DNA of 64,000 bases from NCBI RefSeq assembly GCF_009914755.1, contig NC_060935.1. One strand, given 5' to 3'. Of this stretch, positions 28,386 through 41,600 are shown piece by piece; position 1 is the first letter of the stretch; each line of letters opens with the position of its first letter. The notes under the pieces were generated by a model. It worked only from the letters and a program-made list of their open reading frames with translations. It made no database searches and was not told where the DNA came from. This DNA comes from the human T2T-CHM13v2.0 reference genome, Homo sapiens. A program made the translations under genes and the position numbers.

Positions 28386-29038
28386 GTCACTTGCGGCGTA
28401 TTATTTTCACCCTTACTATATACCAACAGATAACCCAGCATTAGGTTCCAAGGATGGTCTGGATGAGAGTAGTTCCAAGGGATGCCATCAGTTTGGAGTA
28501 AACAATGACTATTTCCACATTCCCAGCCATTTTAAGGCCTATGTAGTGGCACCACTAGGTAGCTGTGGTTAATGAAGATGGACAGGTAAAGGTATCTTTA
28601 TTTAAATTGTACACTACTGGGTCAGTTTGGAAAACAGAAACACTGAAAGATGGGACCCTGCTCAGAAGTATCTCTAGGAGCCATTCTAGTCTACTCAGGG
28701 GCAAAACATCGGTTGTCCATTTTTATTTTTGTAGAAGTAATGACAGCATATTTGATAATAGGCTCCATCTACTTTTGGCAACAACAGCTCTCTTTTTCTT
28801 TTTCACTCTGCCTACTCTGTGACATAGATTCCAAGTATCTCTTTGAGAGAATTCTCGAGTGGCTTAATGCAAACTTGCAGTGCCTTTGATGGGCTCTGGC
28901 ACATGCAGGGCTTCCTTTTGCAGCTGGATTGCTACTCAACATGTGAAAAAAATCCTTCCCAGGACTTTTTTTTTCACAATGAGAATAAAGCAGGGCTGCA
29001 GGGGAATTCGCAGCTGAGAAGTATTATAAAAGAGCATG

Positions 29039-29436
<398 letters not shown>

Positions 29437-29689
29437 TTACTTAACCACTCAGAAATTCAACTCCCTTATCTGAGAACTTGGGATGTTATCTTCAGTAATT
29501 AATTCAAAAATCAATAAATATTTATTGATTGTTTACAATACTTGGAAGGGTAGCTGCAAGTACAAGTGAAACAGTGCATATTTTTATGTAAAATATGCTT
29601 CATTGATATGAGGTGCTTATATTGCACATCATTTCTCTTATTCCTGACTTCTATTTTTCATTTTTCTGTGTAATCTGAATTTTTGTTTC

Positions 29690-29872
29690 TTTATTTTTAA
29701 ATACTTTCAACTTTTAGATTCAGGGAGTACATGTGCAGGTTTGTTACGTGATATATTGCATGATGCTGAGGTTTGGGGTATAACTGATCTTATCACCCAG
29801 GTAGTGAGCATAGTACTCGATAGTTTTTCAACACTAGGCCCCCTCCCTCCTTCCCTCCTTTAGTAGTTCCCA
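29690..29872 (-). mobile_element. Older L1PA (L1PA15/16-like) 3' tip
   Basis: ttttagattcagggagtacatgtgcaggtttgttac...catgatgctgaggtttgggg...tcacccaggtagtgagcatagtac. Confidence 0.85.
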
Positions 29873-30163
29873 TGAGCTTGTGTTTTCTTCACTATCCTGC
29901 TGTTCTTCTCTGACCAGTTTCTCCATACATTATGATCCTTAATTTCATTGAACATTAAATGAAAATGGCTACTTAACTAGTTAAAATCAGTTCATAGGTA
30001 TTTATGTGGTGTGTATGTACTGCCCCGAGGCAGTATATACTATAAAGTACATACTAAAAAGTAATACTATAAATCACTATTTCTTTGTGCAATAGGCTAA
30101 GAAAGTGCACATTTTTGGAATTTTTTATTTTAGAGAAGAGCAAGCCAAACCTCTCTCCAATTA

Positions 30164-30406
30164 AGCCATTTTCAGCTAGGGACAATTTTGCTTTCTGCAG
30201 CAGACATTTGACAATATCTAGAGACATTTTTTTTATTGTTACCACTTGTTGAAGTGAACGCTATTGGCACCTTACGGGGTGCTACTTCTAGCGGGAAGAG
30301 TCTGGGATGCTGCTGCACATCTTACATTGCTCAGGACTGCTCCCTGTCCCACAGTAAAGCATTATATGGCCCAGAATGTCAAGAGTGCCACTATTGAGAA
30401 ATCCTA
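30164..30406 (+). mobile_element. MER20
   Basis: gacatttgacaatatctagagacattttt...ttatatggcccagaatgtcaagagtgccactattgagaaatcct. Confidence 0.8.
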
Positions 30407-33400
30407 CAGTCCAACTAGGGAAAAGGGGAGAAGGGGATTCTCTAAGTGAAGAGTGGATTTTGTCAAAAATCTCACTCTTACCTTAAGAATCATGCTGAAT
30501 CTGGACTTCGTATCTAGTGGTGCTGAACCATTTGGGTAATTTACATTAAGACTGTCTCTAAAAATCCACATGGTTTCAACTGATTAAATAAATGCAAGGA
30601 GAAGAGTTTCTCTCTTCTCATTCCTCGTAAATCAAGGTAAGTGACTCAGAATTCATTGGCAGAAATTACTGACAACAATCTTGTTCTCAAGCTGCTGCAT
30701 AACCTAGAATTTCAAAGCACAGAAACATGGGTTGACAACCAAAACAGAGGCCCTGAGCTGTCCTACATTATACTCCTCACTCAAGCTTTCCCTATATGTT
30801 TGAGTCCTTGGCTGCTATTTGGGGAAAGGCCCATACATTATTCTGGCACTGAGGGGTTGAGGTTATTTGCAAAATTCTCCTAGCAGATTGTAAGGACAGC
30901 AGGCCTTATCTCTCCACCACCCACCTTAATTCCTCCTCTCCTTTTACCTCTTGCCGGGTAGTCTGAGAAGTCCACCTCTTGTGTTGCAGGTGGCAGCTGA
31001 CAAAAATGAATTCCTGAATTCAAGTTGATCATGCAGATTTAGGCTTACTCTGTTGGAGGTTGTTTCCAATAACAGCACTTTGCTGAATTACACCAAGTGG
31101 GTAGTCAGAAAGTCAACACCAAGGGGGAAGCTAAAGTGGAAACTAGAGGGAGTAATGTTGCAGTATCTGACTGGCTGTTCACAAAATCTGTTTCCTTTTT
31201 CTCTCGACTACATTTCCTAGTCTCCTTGCAGTGAGGTGTGACCACATGGAAGGCCAGTGGAACGTGTAAGTAAATGATATTTGCCACTTCAGCCTGGACC
31301 CATAAAAACTTCCCACACATCTGCCAAATGGATGTGGAGGCTTAGGGCAATCTTGAATATGTTGAGGACAGCAGATCTCCCTCCTCCCTTAAGTAATATG
31401 ATAGCCATGGTATGAGAAGCAAGACCATATCCAGAGACCTGAATAGAAGAAGGTTGGGGACGAGAGAAGTCAGCTAACAGGCAGCAGGGGAGAAGCATGT
31501 GCAAAGTGGCAGTGATGACTATGAAAAGGGGGGTTTATCTGACTTTTACTAACCAGGCATTACTTGCAGGGAAGCTCTCACCCTGGCTGCATCTCGCAGG
31601 TGCTATCCAGTTTCTGGACAATGATTTTGGACAGCCAAAGAGACATTTGATTAAACCCATGGGATTAGAGAGTAATTATGCATAAGTCACTGTGATGAAA
31701 AGCACAGCCCTCACTCTGACAGATCTGCCTGGAGAGTCAGTTGTCAGAGGTGGACAATTTCACTCTAGAACACCATTAATGTCTTTTTTCTCTCCATACA
31801 TTCTGGCCAATTATTTTTCCTTCATTATGCTCCCTAGGGTAAAAAGAAAGTCTTTTTTTTCTTTTTTTTAAACAAATGTATACTGATAGCAAAAACAAAC
31901 AACTGTATCCTGAACTTTCCATTACAAGCACCCTTAGGTTTTAATTAAGATCGAGTCTTTTTTTCCCACCTCAAACATGGTTTTCCTGAGCAGCACAGGT
32001 GGCCACAGAAATCACTTGGAAATGGCCTTGGAACTTGTTTAATGTCACTGCCTAATCACTTTGCTAAATGTCACTGATTCAAAGCATTAATTTTTATCTT
32101 AAGTTTCTACCCCGGTTCTCTTTCCTTCCATGTAGGACACCCTCAACATATCTGCATGGAAGAACAAAATCTTCTGCTTGATTTTATTCCTCTTTTTTTT
32201 TTTTCTAGGATTGTGAGAAGGACTCCAGGCAGGGTAGTTTCTGTTTCAATAAGGAATGTTGTAATGTATGACAAGTAAGCTTCCTTTTAATGCTGATAAT
32301 TAGGGTTTTACACGTCTTTATATCTCTTCCAGATTCCTGCAAATTTGGCAAGACAGCTTTCACCTTGACCCTGTATTCCAGACCTGTTGAGATGCCCAAG
32401 GGTATAGACAGAACTCAGTTTTCTCAAAATGTTTCAAGAGCACAATTCTTAGTTCTTTCCCCCATCTTCAGCTCTTTACCTGAATTTTATTCCATACTCA
32501 TTTTCTCCAGTTGGTTGATAAGCAAATAATGGTAATACATTTTAAATATATTCTAAATAAACCACATAAAAGCACAACGTAACTCACCTTTGTGGCCTAA
32601 GCATGAAGGAACAGTGCAGATGAAGGTAAATGGAAGGAGACATATGTGAGAAAAGGGCATGGGAACTGAATCTGCCCATTTTACCTCAGGAGTTAACCAG
32701 CACTGGGTTAAATACCCTTCCTCTTTCTTCACCTTGCTCTCCTTTTGAAACTGTGGTTTAACGTAATGAAACACCTTCTCTTTCTCATATTACTTTTGGT
32801 AAAATGAGTCTTTTTATTTAATAGTGTTGAATAAGAATTGCGAGCCTCAGAGAGAAGAGAAAATGAGGGCTACTTCACACAGTGGACAACAACCAGTCTT
32901 TACTCAGCAAGCATCAACACTGCCAGTCTCTGTGACTCAGCGATGGAAGAGTTCCTGCTTCTCTGAGAGCTCCTAGTCCAATAGTAGGAATGGGCATATT
33001 AATACATTATTATAGCAAGTATAAATACCTTTATACTTCATCTAGGAAGGTGAGCAAGACACCAAGGAACCAAAAAGGAAAGTGTTGTAACCCATGGAAA
33101 AACTGAAGAAGGCTTTTTAGAAGAGGAAGCACTTCTTTCACTTGATTTTTACATAACAAATAGTGCAGTTAACCCAGTGGGGGAGAATGCAAAAGAAGCT
33201 ATTTGGCGGGGGCATGATGAGTTTAAATTGGTTGTAGGCTGTACAGGCCTTGTGTTCAGGATCTATAATAGACTATATAGAAATAGATTTGAGCACCTAT
33301 GATATATAGTAGTTAGGGCCATGGAAGTAAGTTTTTCCAGGAGGAGTATACACAAAGCTAAAGAATGAGGCAGATGAATGGTGGGAGAAATCTGGCATAT

Positions 33401-33543
33401 AGGATGTCCCCAGTAAACATTTGTTGCATAAGTGAATGAATGAATGAACAAACCTGGGAAGTGTGTTGAAAAGGAGTAACCCAAAGATAGCCAGAAAAGC
33501 AGCAGAGAATAAAATAAAGACAGATTTCAAGAAGGATGATTGT

Positions 33544-33958
<415 letters not shown>

Positions 33959-33984
33959 CTACATTTTATATTATGGAAAACCTT

Positions 33985-34690
33985 AGGTGCATTTTTAGTT
34001 CTATAAAATCCTGGAGATTCTGACCAATGCAATAAGATAAGAAATCAGAAGCATAAACACTGGAAAGGCAGAGAAAACATTACATTATTTGTAGATGATT
34101 TCAATAGAAACCTAGGAAATCAGCAAAATATTAGACTAATAAAAGATTTTAGCAAAGTTCCTGGCAAGATTAACAGTAGCATTTTCTATACCAATTAACA
34201 ATAACCAACTAAAAATGTAATATAAAATAGATACCAATTAAAATTGAGGAAAATCTATAAAAATACCTAGTAATAAATTATCCACAAAACTCATGGGAAT
34301 TTAAAAAATATTATGGTGAAAATGAAGAAGCCTTTTTTGAGGGAGTATGATAAACTTATTCTAAAGTTTATATGGAGAAATAAAGTCCCTGTATACTAAA
34401 GAAATGTTTTGATAAAGCAAGAAGATCAAGAAGGGTAGACTTGGCCTACCAAATACTAAGAAATATTACAAAATCATAATAACTAAACCAGCAAGTTACT
34501 GGTGAAGCTGCAAATACATAGACCAATAGAACATAGTAGAGGCCAGAAACAGGTACAATTTGTAGAAGAATTTTCTATAAGGTAGAGGTGATGTTACAAA
34601 TCAGTGGAAAAAGGCAATTACAGAAGGGGAAATTAAAATGACTCCTAAGTGTATGAAGAGGTGCTCCATCTAACTGGTAATCAGAAACTG
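33985..34690 (+). mobile_element. Ancient L1ME-like ORF2 remnant (appears to resume at ~40040-41100)
   Basis: ttctgaccaatgcaataagataagaaa...ttatttgtagatgat...ttattctaaagtttatatggagaaataaa...atagaccaatagaaca. Confidence 0.65.
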
Positions 34691-34692
34691 AA

Positions 34693-34828
34693 ACTGGGTG
34701 TAGTGGCTCAGGCCTGTAATCCCAACACTTTTGAGAATCTGAGGTGTGACAATTGCTTGAGCCCAGGAGTTTGAGACCAGCCTAGGCAGCATAGGGAGAC
34801 CCCCGTCTCTACAAATAAAAATAAATAT
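34693..34828 (+). mobile_element. Free left Alu monomer (FLAM-C-like)
   Basis: Single monomer with ttgcttgagcccaggagtttgagaccagcctaggcagcataggga; ctggtaatcaga occurs on both flanks. Confidence 0.85.
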
Positions 34829-35358
34829 ACCTGGTAATCAGAGAAATGTAAATTAAAGCAACAGTGAACTAAAGAGAAAGCATATCACTACAAAAAAAAA
34901 ATCAATGAAACTCAAAGGAATACAGCAGGAAATGAAGAGAGGAACCAAAGAACTACAAAACAGAGAGAAAACAATGAACAAAATAGCTACAGTAAGTCCT
35001 TCCCTGTCAATAATTACTTTAAACATAGAGGGATTAAACTCCCTAATCCAAAGACAGAGCATAGTACAAAAACAAAAATGAGACCCAACTCCTTGCTGTC
35101 TGTAAGAAATTCACTTTAAATTTAAGGACAGTCTGAAAGTGAAAGGATGAAAAAAGATATTCTGTGCAAATGATAACCAAAAGAGAACAGGGGTAGCTAT
35201 ACTTACAGCAGGAAAAATTTAAGTGATTTATAGATTCAGTGCTACCCCCATAAAAATCCCAATGACATTTTTAAATCAAAAACTGTTACAAGAGGTGAAG
35301 ATATATAATAATGAAAGGATAAATTCATCAGAAAGTAATGTAGTTATAAATAGGTGTA

Positions 35359-35360
<2 letters not shown>

Positions 35361-35408
<48 letters not shown>
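35361..35408. repeat. (TCTA)12 tetranucleotide microsatellite
   Basis: Read directly; perfect repeat, likely polymorphic. Confidence 0.97.
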
Positions 35409-35470
35409 ACATCAGAGCACCTAAAGATACACTGACAAACATCAAACACTGAGAGGGAGAAATGGAAAGT

Positions 35471-35772
35471 GGCTGGGCGAGGTGGCTCACACTTGTAATC
35501 TCAGCACTTTGGAAGGCCTAGGCGGGTGGATCACCTGAGGTCAACGAGTTTGAGACTAGCCTGGCCAACATGTTGAAACTCCATCTCTACTAAAAATACA
35601 AAAACTAGTTGGGTGTGCTGGCACATGCCTGTAATCCCAGCTACTCAGGAGGCTGAGGCAGGAGAATCACTTGAACCTGGGTGGCAGAGGTTGCAGTGAG
35701 CTGAGGTCATGCCACTGCACTCCAGCCTGGGTGAAAGAGTGAGACCCTGTCTTAAAAAAAAAAAAAAAGAAA
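35471..35772 (+). mobile_element. AluSx-like
   Basis: Full dimer; TSD AGAAATGGAAAG at 35458-35469 and 35773-35784. Confidence 0.95.
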
Positions 35773-36086
35773 AGAAATGGAAAGCAATACAATAATGGTA
35801 GGAGACTTCAGCATTCCTTTCAACAATGAATACATTATCCAGACAGAAAACCAATAAGGAAACATTGGACTTGTGCTATACTGTAGACCAAATGGCTGTA
35901 ACAATCATATACAGAACATTCCATCTGACAGCAGCTGAACACATTATTCTCAAGTGCACACAGAACAATTTCCAGGATAGATTATATGTTAGGTCACAAA
36001 ATAAATTTTAACAAACTTAACTTAAAAGATTGAAATAATACCAGGTATCTTTTCTGACCACAATGGTATGAAACTTGAAATCAATA

Positions 36087-36331
36087 GAAGTTGAGTATCC
36101 CTTATCTGAACTGCTTAGGACTAGAAGTGTTTCGGATTTTGGATTTTTTTGGGGTTTTGGAATATTGGCATTATATACTTACTGGTTGATCATCCCAAAT
36201 CCAAAAATCTGAAATCCAAAATTCTCCAAAACAGAAACATTTTGAGCATCAACCTGATGCACAAAGAAAATGTTTATTGAATTTTGAAGCATTTTGGATT
36301 TCAGATTTTTGAATTTGGGATGCTCACCCTG
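36087..36331. mobile_element. MER46/Tigger4 MITE
   Basis: Terminal inverted repeats agttgagtatccc ... gggatgctcaccctg flanked by TA. Confidence 0.88.
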
Positions 36332-36440
36332 TAACAGGAGGAAAGCTGAAAAATTCACAGATATGTGGAAATTAAACATGTTTCTGAAAAACCAATGGGT
36401 CAAAGAAGAAATGGAAAGGGAAATTTAAAAGTATCTGAGA

Positions 36441-36795
36441 TTATATGGTTTGGCTCTGTGTCCCCACCCAAATATCATCTTGAATTGTACTCCCATAATT
36501 CCCACATGTTGTGGGAGGGACCCAGTGGGAGATAATTTGAATCATAGGGGCAGTTTCCCCCATACTGTTCTTGTGCTAATGAATAAGTCTCAGGAGATCT
36601 GATGGTTTTATCAAGGGTTTCTGCTTTTGCATCTTCCTCATTTTCTCTTGCCACTGCCATGTAGGAAGTGTCTATTACCTCTCCCCATGATTCTGAGGCC
36701 TCCCCAGTCACGTAGAACTGTAAGTCCAATTAAACCTCTTTTTCTTCCCAGTCTCGGGTATGTCTTTATCAGCAGTGTGAAAATGGACTAATACA
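36441..36795 (+). mobile_element. THE1A-like solo LTR
   Basis: atatggtttggctctgtgtccccaccca...aaaatggactaataca; TSD TGAGA at 36436-36440 and 36796-36800. Confidence 0.95.
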
Positions 36796-39700
36796 TGAGA
36801 TAAACGAAAATGGAAACACAACACCACAGAACTTACAGGATGCAGCAAAAGCAGTTCTAAGAGGTACGTTTATAATGATAAATGCCTACATTAAAAAAAA
36901 AATTAGGTTCTAGATAAACAGCCTAATGTTACACCTCGTGAAACTAGAAAAAGAACAAACTAAGCCAGAGTTAGCAGAAGGGAAGATATAACAAAGATCA
37001 GAACAGAAATAAATAGAGACAAGAAAACAATAGAAAAGATCAATAAAATAGAGTTGATTTTAGAAAAGATAAAAATATTCAAGAAACTTTTAGCTAGACT
37101 AAGAAAAAAGTGGAGAAGACTCTAATAAATAAAATCAGAAATTAAAGAGAAGACATGACAATAGATACCACAGAAATACACAGGATCATAAGAGACTACT
37201 ATGAGCAATTATACGCCAACAAGCTGTGTAGCCTAGAAAAAATAGATATATTTCTAGACACATACAACTTACTAAGACTGAATCATGACGAAATAGAAAA
37301 TCTGCACACCATTAACAAATAAGGGGATTGAAGCAGTAATAATAAAAATCTCTCATAAAAGAAAAGCTCAGAACCAGATGGCTTCATTGCAGAATTCTAC
37401 CAAGCGTTTAAAGAAGTAACACCAATCCCTCTCAAGATCTTCCAAAAAACTGAAGAGGAGAGAACACTTCCAAACTTATTTTATGAGGCCAGCATTACCC
37501 GGATACCAAAGCCACAGACAGACACTATAAGAAAATTATAGGCCAATACCTCTATGTCTGTAGATGCAAAAATACTCAACAAGATACTAGCAAACTGAAT
37601 TCAACAGCACATTAAAAAGATCATGCACGATGATCAAGTGAGATTTATCCCTGGGAAGCAAAGATAGCTTAACATATGCAAATCAATTAATATGATATAC
37701 TACATTAAGAGAATAAGGTATAAAACTCACATGATCATCTCAATAAAGGCATAAGAATTTGACAAAATTTAACATCCTTTCATGATAAAAAGTCTCAAGC
37801 TAGATGTAGAAGCATTTACCTCAGCATAATAAGTGCATATAGCAAGCCCACTGCTAATATTCTATTCGACATGGTTTTGGAAGTTCTGGCCAGAAGAATT
37901 AGGCAAGAAAAAGAAATAAAGGGCACACAAACTGAAAAGGAGAAGTAAAACTATCTCTATTTGCAGATGACATAATCTTATATGTAGAAAACCCTTGAAG
38001 CTCAACTAAAAAACTTGTTAGAATAAATAAACAAATTCAGTAAAGCTGCAAGACAGAAAATGAACATACAAAAATCAGTTATGTATTTATACACTAAGAA
38101 CAAACTATATAAAAAGTAAATTAAAGACATTTACAATAGCATCAAAGAGAATGAAACACTTAGGAATGAACTTAAACCAGGAGTTGAAAGACTTGTACAC
38201 TGAAAACTACAAACATTGCTGAAAAAAAGTCCTAAATAAATAAAAAGACATGTCATGTGTTCATGGATTAGAATACTTAATATTATTAAAATGTCCACAC
38301 TACCCAAAATGATTTACTGATTCACTGCTATCCCCATAGAATCCCAAATACATTTTAAAAATAAAAATAGAAAAAACTATCGTAAAATTCGTGTAGTACC
38401 ACCAGGATCTCAAATAGCCAAAATAATCTCAAGAAAAGGAAAGCTGAAGGCATCACACTTCCCAATCTCACGATATATTTAAAACCTATAGTAATTAAAA
38501 TAGGATGGTACCAGTGTAAAAACAGACACACAGACCAACTGAACATGATAGAGAGTCCAGAAATAAACCCATGCTCAACTGATCTTCAAAAAGTTTGCCA
38601 AGAATACACAATGGGGGAAAGAAAAGTCTCTTCAACAAATGATGCTGGGAAAACTGGAAATCCACATGCAAAAGAGTAAAATTGGACTCATACTATACAC
38701 CAAAACCAACTCAAAACTGACTAAAAACTTAGACATAAGACCAAAAGGTATAAAACTCCCAGCAGAAAACGCAGGGAAAAAATTTCTTGAAACTGGTTTT
38801 AGCAATAATTTCTTGGATATGACCCCAAAAGCACAAGCAACAAAAGCAAAATAGAGAAATGGGAATACATCAAATTAAAAAGCTTCTGCACAGAAAAAAA
38901 AAATCAACAGAATAAAAAGAAAATCGGCATATGGGAGAAAATGTTTACAAACCATATATATAATATCCAAAATATATAAAGAACTCCTTTTACTCAGTAA
39001 CAACAAATAAATTAAAAACAAATAACCTGATTCAAAATGGGTAAATAAACTAAGTAGACATTTCTCCAAAGAAGACATAGAAATGGCCAACAGGTATGAA
39101 AAAGTGCTGAACATAACTAATCATAAGGAAAAGGCAAATCAAAACCATAATGAGATATAATCTCACACCTGTTGGGATGGCAGCTATCAAAAATACAAAA
39201 TATAACAAGTGTTGGCAAATGTGTGGATAAATTGGATCTCTTGTACACTGTTGGAGGAAACGTAAAATGGTAGAGTCACTTTGAAAAACTGTGGAGTTTC
39301 ATCAAAAAATTAAAAACAGAACTATCATAGGATCGAGCAATCCCACTTCTGAGTAAATATCCAAAAAATTGAAAACAGGATGTGAAAAACATATCTATAC
39401 TCTCATGTTCATTGAAGCATGATTCACAATAGTCAAGATATATAAGCAACCTAAATGTCCATTGATGGATGAATAAAGTGTGGTATGTACATACAGTAGA
39501 TATTATTCAGCCGTTAAAAAAGAAGAAAATCCTGTTATATGTGACAACATGAATGAACCTGGAAAATATTCTACTTAGTGAAATAAGCCAGTCATAGAAG
39601 AACAAATATTGCATGTTTCCACTTGTAAGAAGTATCTAAAATAGTCAAATTCATAGAAGCAGAGACTAGAATAGTGGTTGCCATGGGCCAGTGGAAGGGA

Positions 39701-40256
39701 AATGGGGGAGTTGTTCAGTGGATATAAAGTTCAGCTATGCAAAATGAATACGTTCAAGAGATCTGCTGTTAAGCATTGTAATTATAGTTAACAATAGTGT
39801 GCACTTAAAAGATTTCCGAGGATAGATCTCATGTTAAGTGCTCTTAGACACGCACAACACAAAATAAAACAACCAACCAATAAAAGATGAAAGGGTACAA
39901 GGAATCTTTTGGAAGTGATGGATATGTTTATTACCTTGATTATGGTGATGGTTTCATGGGTGTATGCATGTGTCCAAACTATCAAATTGTATACATTAAA
40001 TATGTACAATTTTTGTATATGAATTATGCCACAATAAATCTATTTAAAAAATAAAAACAACAGAGAACTCGACAGTGGATCAACTATTAAAATTGAATAT
40101 GCTTTTAAGTATATGGGCTAACAATTATCTGCTTGTACTGGTGGAAGGATAAATCAGGACAGTCATTTTGTTGAGCAATCAGGTGGTAGTTAGTGTAATC
40201 AAATATATGTATACCTTAGAAAGCAGTATTTTCATTCCTGAGAGTACAAACTGGAC

Positions 40257-40620
40257 CAGTGCTTCTCAAAGTTTAGTACACATGTGAATCACTTGAGGAT
40301 TCTCTTAAAATGCAGATCTCAATTGAGTAGGTCTGTCGTGTGGCCTGAGATTCTGCATTTCTAACAAATTCCAGGTGATGTCTGTACTGCTGGTTGGTGA
40401 GCAATACTTTGAAGAGCAATGCCCTAGAATAATTCTCACTGCCATGTATACGTTAGAATCAGCTGGGACCTTAATAAAAATACTGATGTACAATTCCCAC
40501 CCCAGAACAACTGAGTTGGGTTTGAGATGGGGAGGGTGATGGGTGAGGTTTCCAAGCATCAGTATTTAAAAACAAAGAACTTTCCAGGTGATTCTAATAT
40601 ATAGCAAAGGTTGAGAATCT
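40257..40620. mobile_element. Two adjacent MER5A/B-type hAT MITEs
   Basis: cagtgcttctcaaagttt...ggcctgagattctgcatttctaacaaattccaggtgatg; gttagaatcagctggga...ttccaggtgattctaat...ggttgagaatc. Confidence 0.8.
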
Positions 40621-40652
40621 TTGAAATAAATTTGCTCATAGGAAGCACAATT

Positions 40653-40815
40653 TATATATAAATATATATATATACACACACACATACATATACACATATA
40701 TACACACAATCTTTATATACACATCTATATATACATCTATGTATATATTATATATGTATATATAGATGTGTACATATAGATGTGTGTGTGTATATATATA
40801 TAGATAGGTGTATAT
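40653..40815. repeat. Degenerate (TA)/(CA)/(TG) low-complexity tract with rough dyad symmetry
   Basis: tatatatatacacacacacat...atgtgtgtgtgtatatatata. Confidence 0.9.
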
Positions 40816-41317
40816 CACAGGGGTATCTTGGCAAATAAAGGTAATCAAAATGTCCATCATTCATGTATGGATAAGTAAATTTGTGGTATGTGTACAGAAT
40901 AGAATACTATTAAGAAGTCTAGGGAAATAAAACATTTATATATAACAATATAGATGTATGTTAAAAACACCTGAAACAAAGAAAATTATTTTTTACATCA
41001 TAGTAACATTTATGTAAACTATACATATGAACAATGCTATGTATTTTGCTATGTACTTGCATTTGATAACATATATGTATATAAAAATATCACACCGAAG
41101 CTGGGTTTTTAGGTGGGTACCTTAGGCAGATAAGAAGAGTAGAATTAGGAAGAGCACAAAGAAAGCATGCAACAAAAAATATTTTAAAGAATATTTTCAT
41201 AGAATGTCAATGAAAGTTTGCCATGACTGTAGAGGATGAAAAACTCAATTCTATGCATCAGATTAAAGAAATAGAAATCACCAGCTCTTATGAATGAACT
41301 TTAAAAAAAATAATTTC

Positions 41318-41600
<283 letters not shown>

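Larger units (their letters stand above)
34855..40038 (+). mobile_element. ~5.2-kb L1MB1/2-like element (ORF2 to 3'UTR, degraded) with nested Alu, MER46/Tigger4, THE1A and (TCTA)n
   Basis: Collinear with L1 ORF2 (ccagatggcttcattgcagaattctacca; ctatttgcagatgacataatc = FADD motif), ending in a 3'UTR with aataaa and an A tail. Confidence 0.92.

Noticed and set aside
28400-28570. Possible exon after ccaacag (~28429)
   Set aside because: Weak pyrimidine tract and weak donor (ag|gtagct), with no recognisable peptide.
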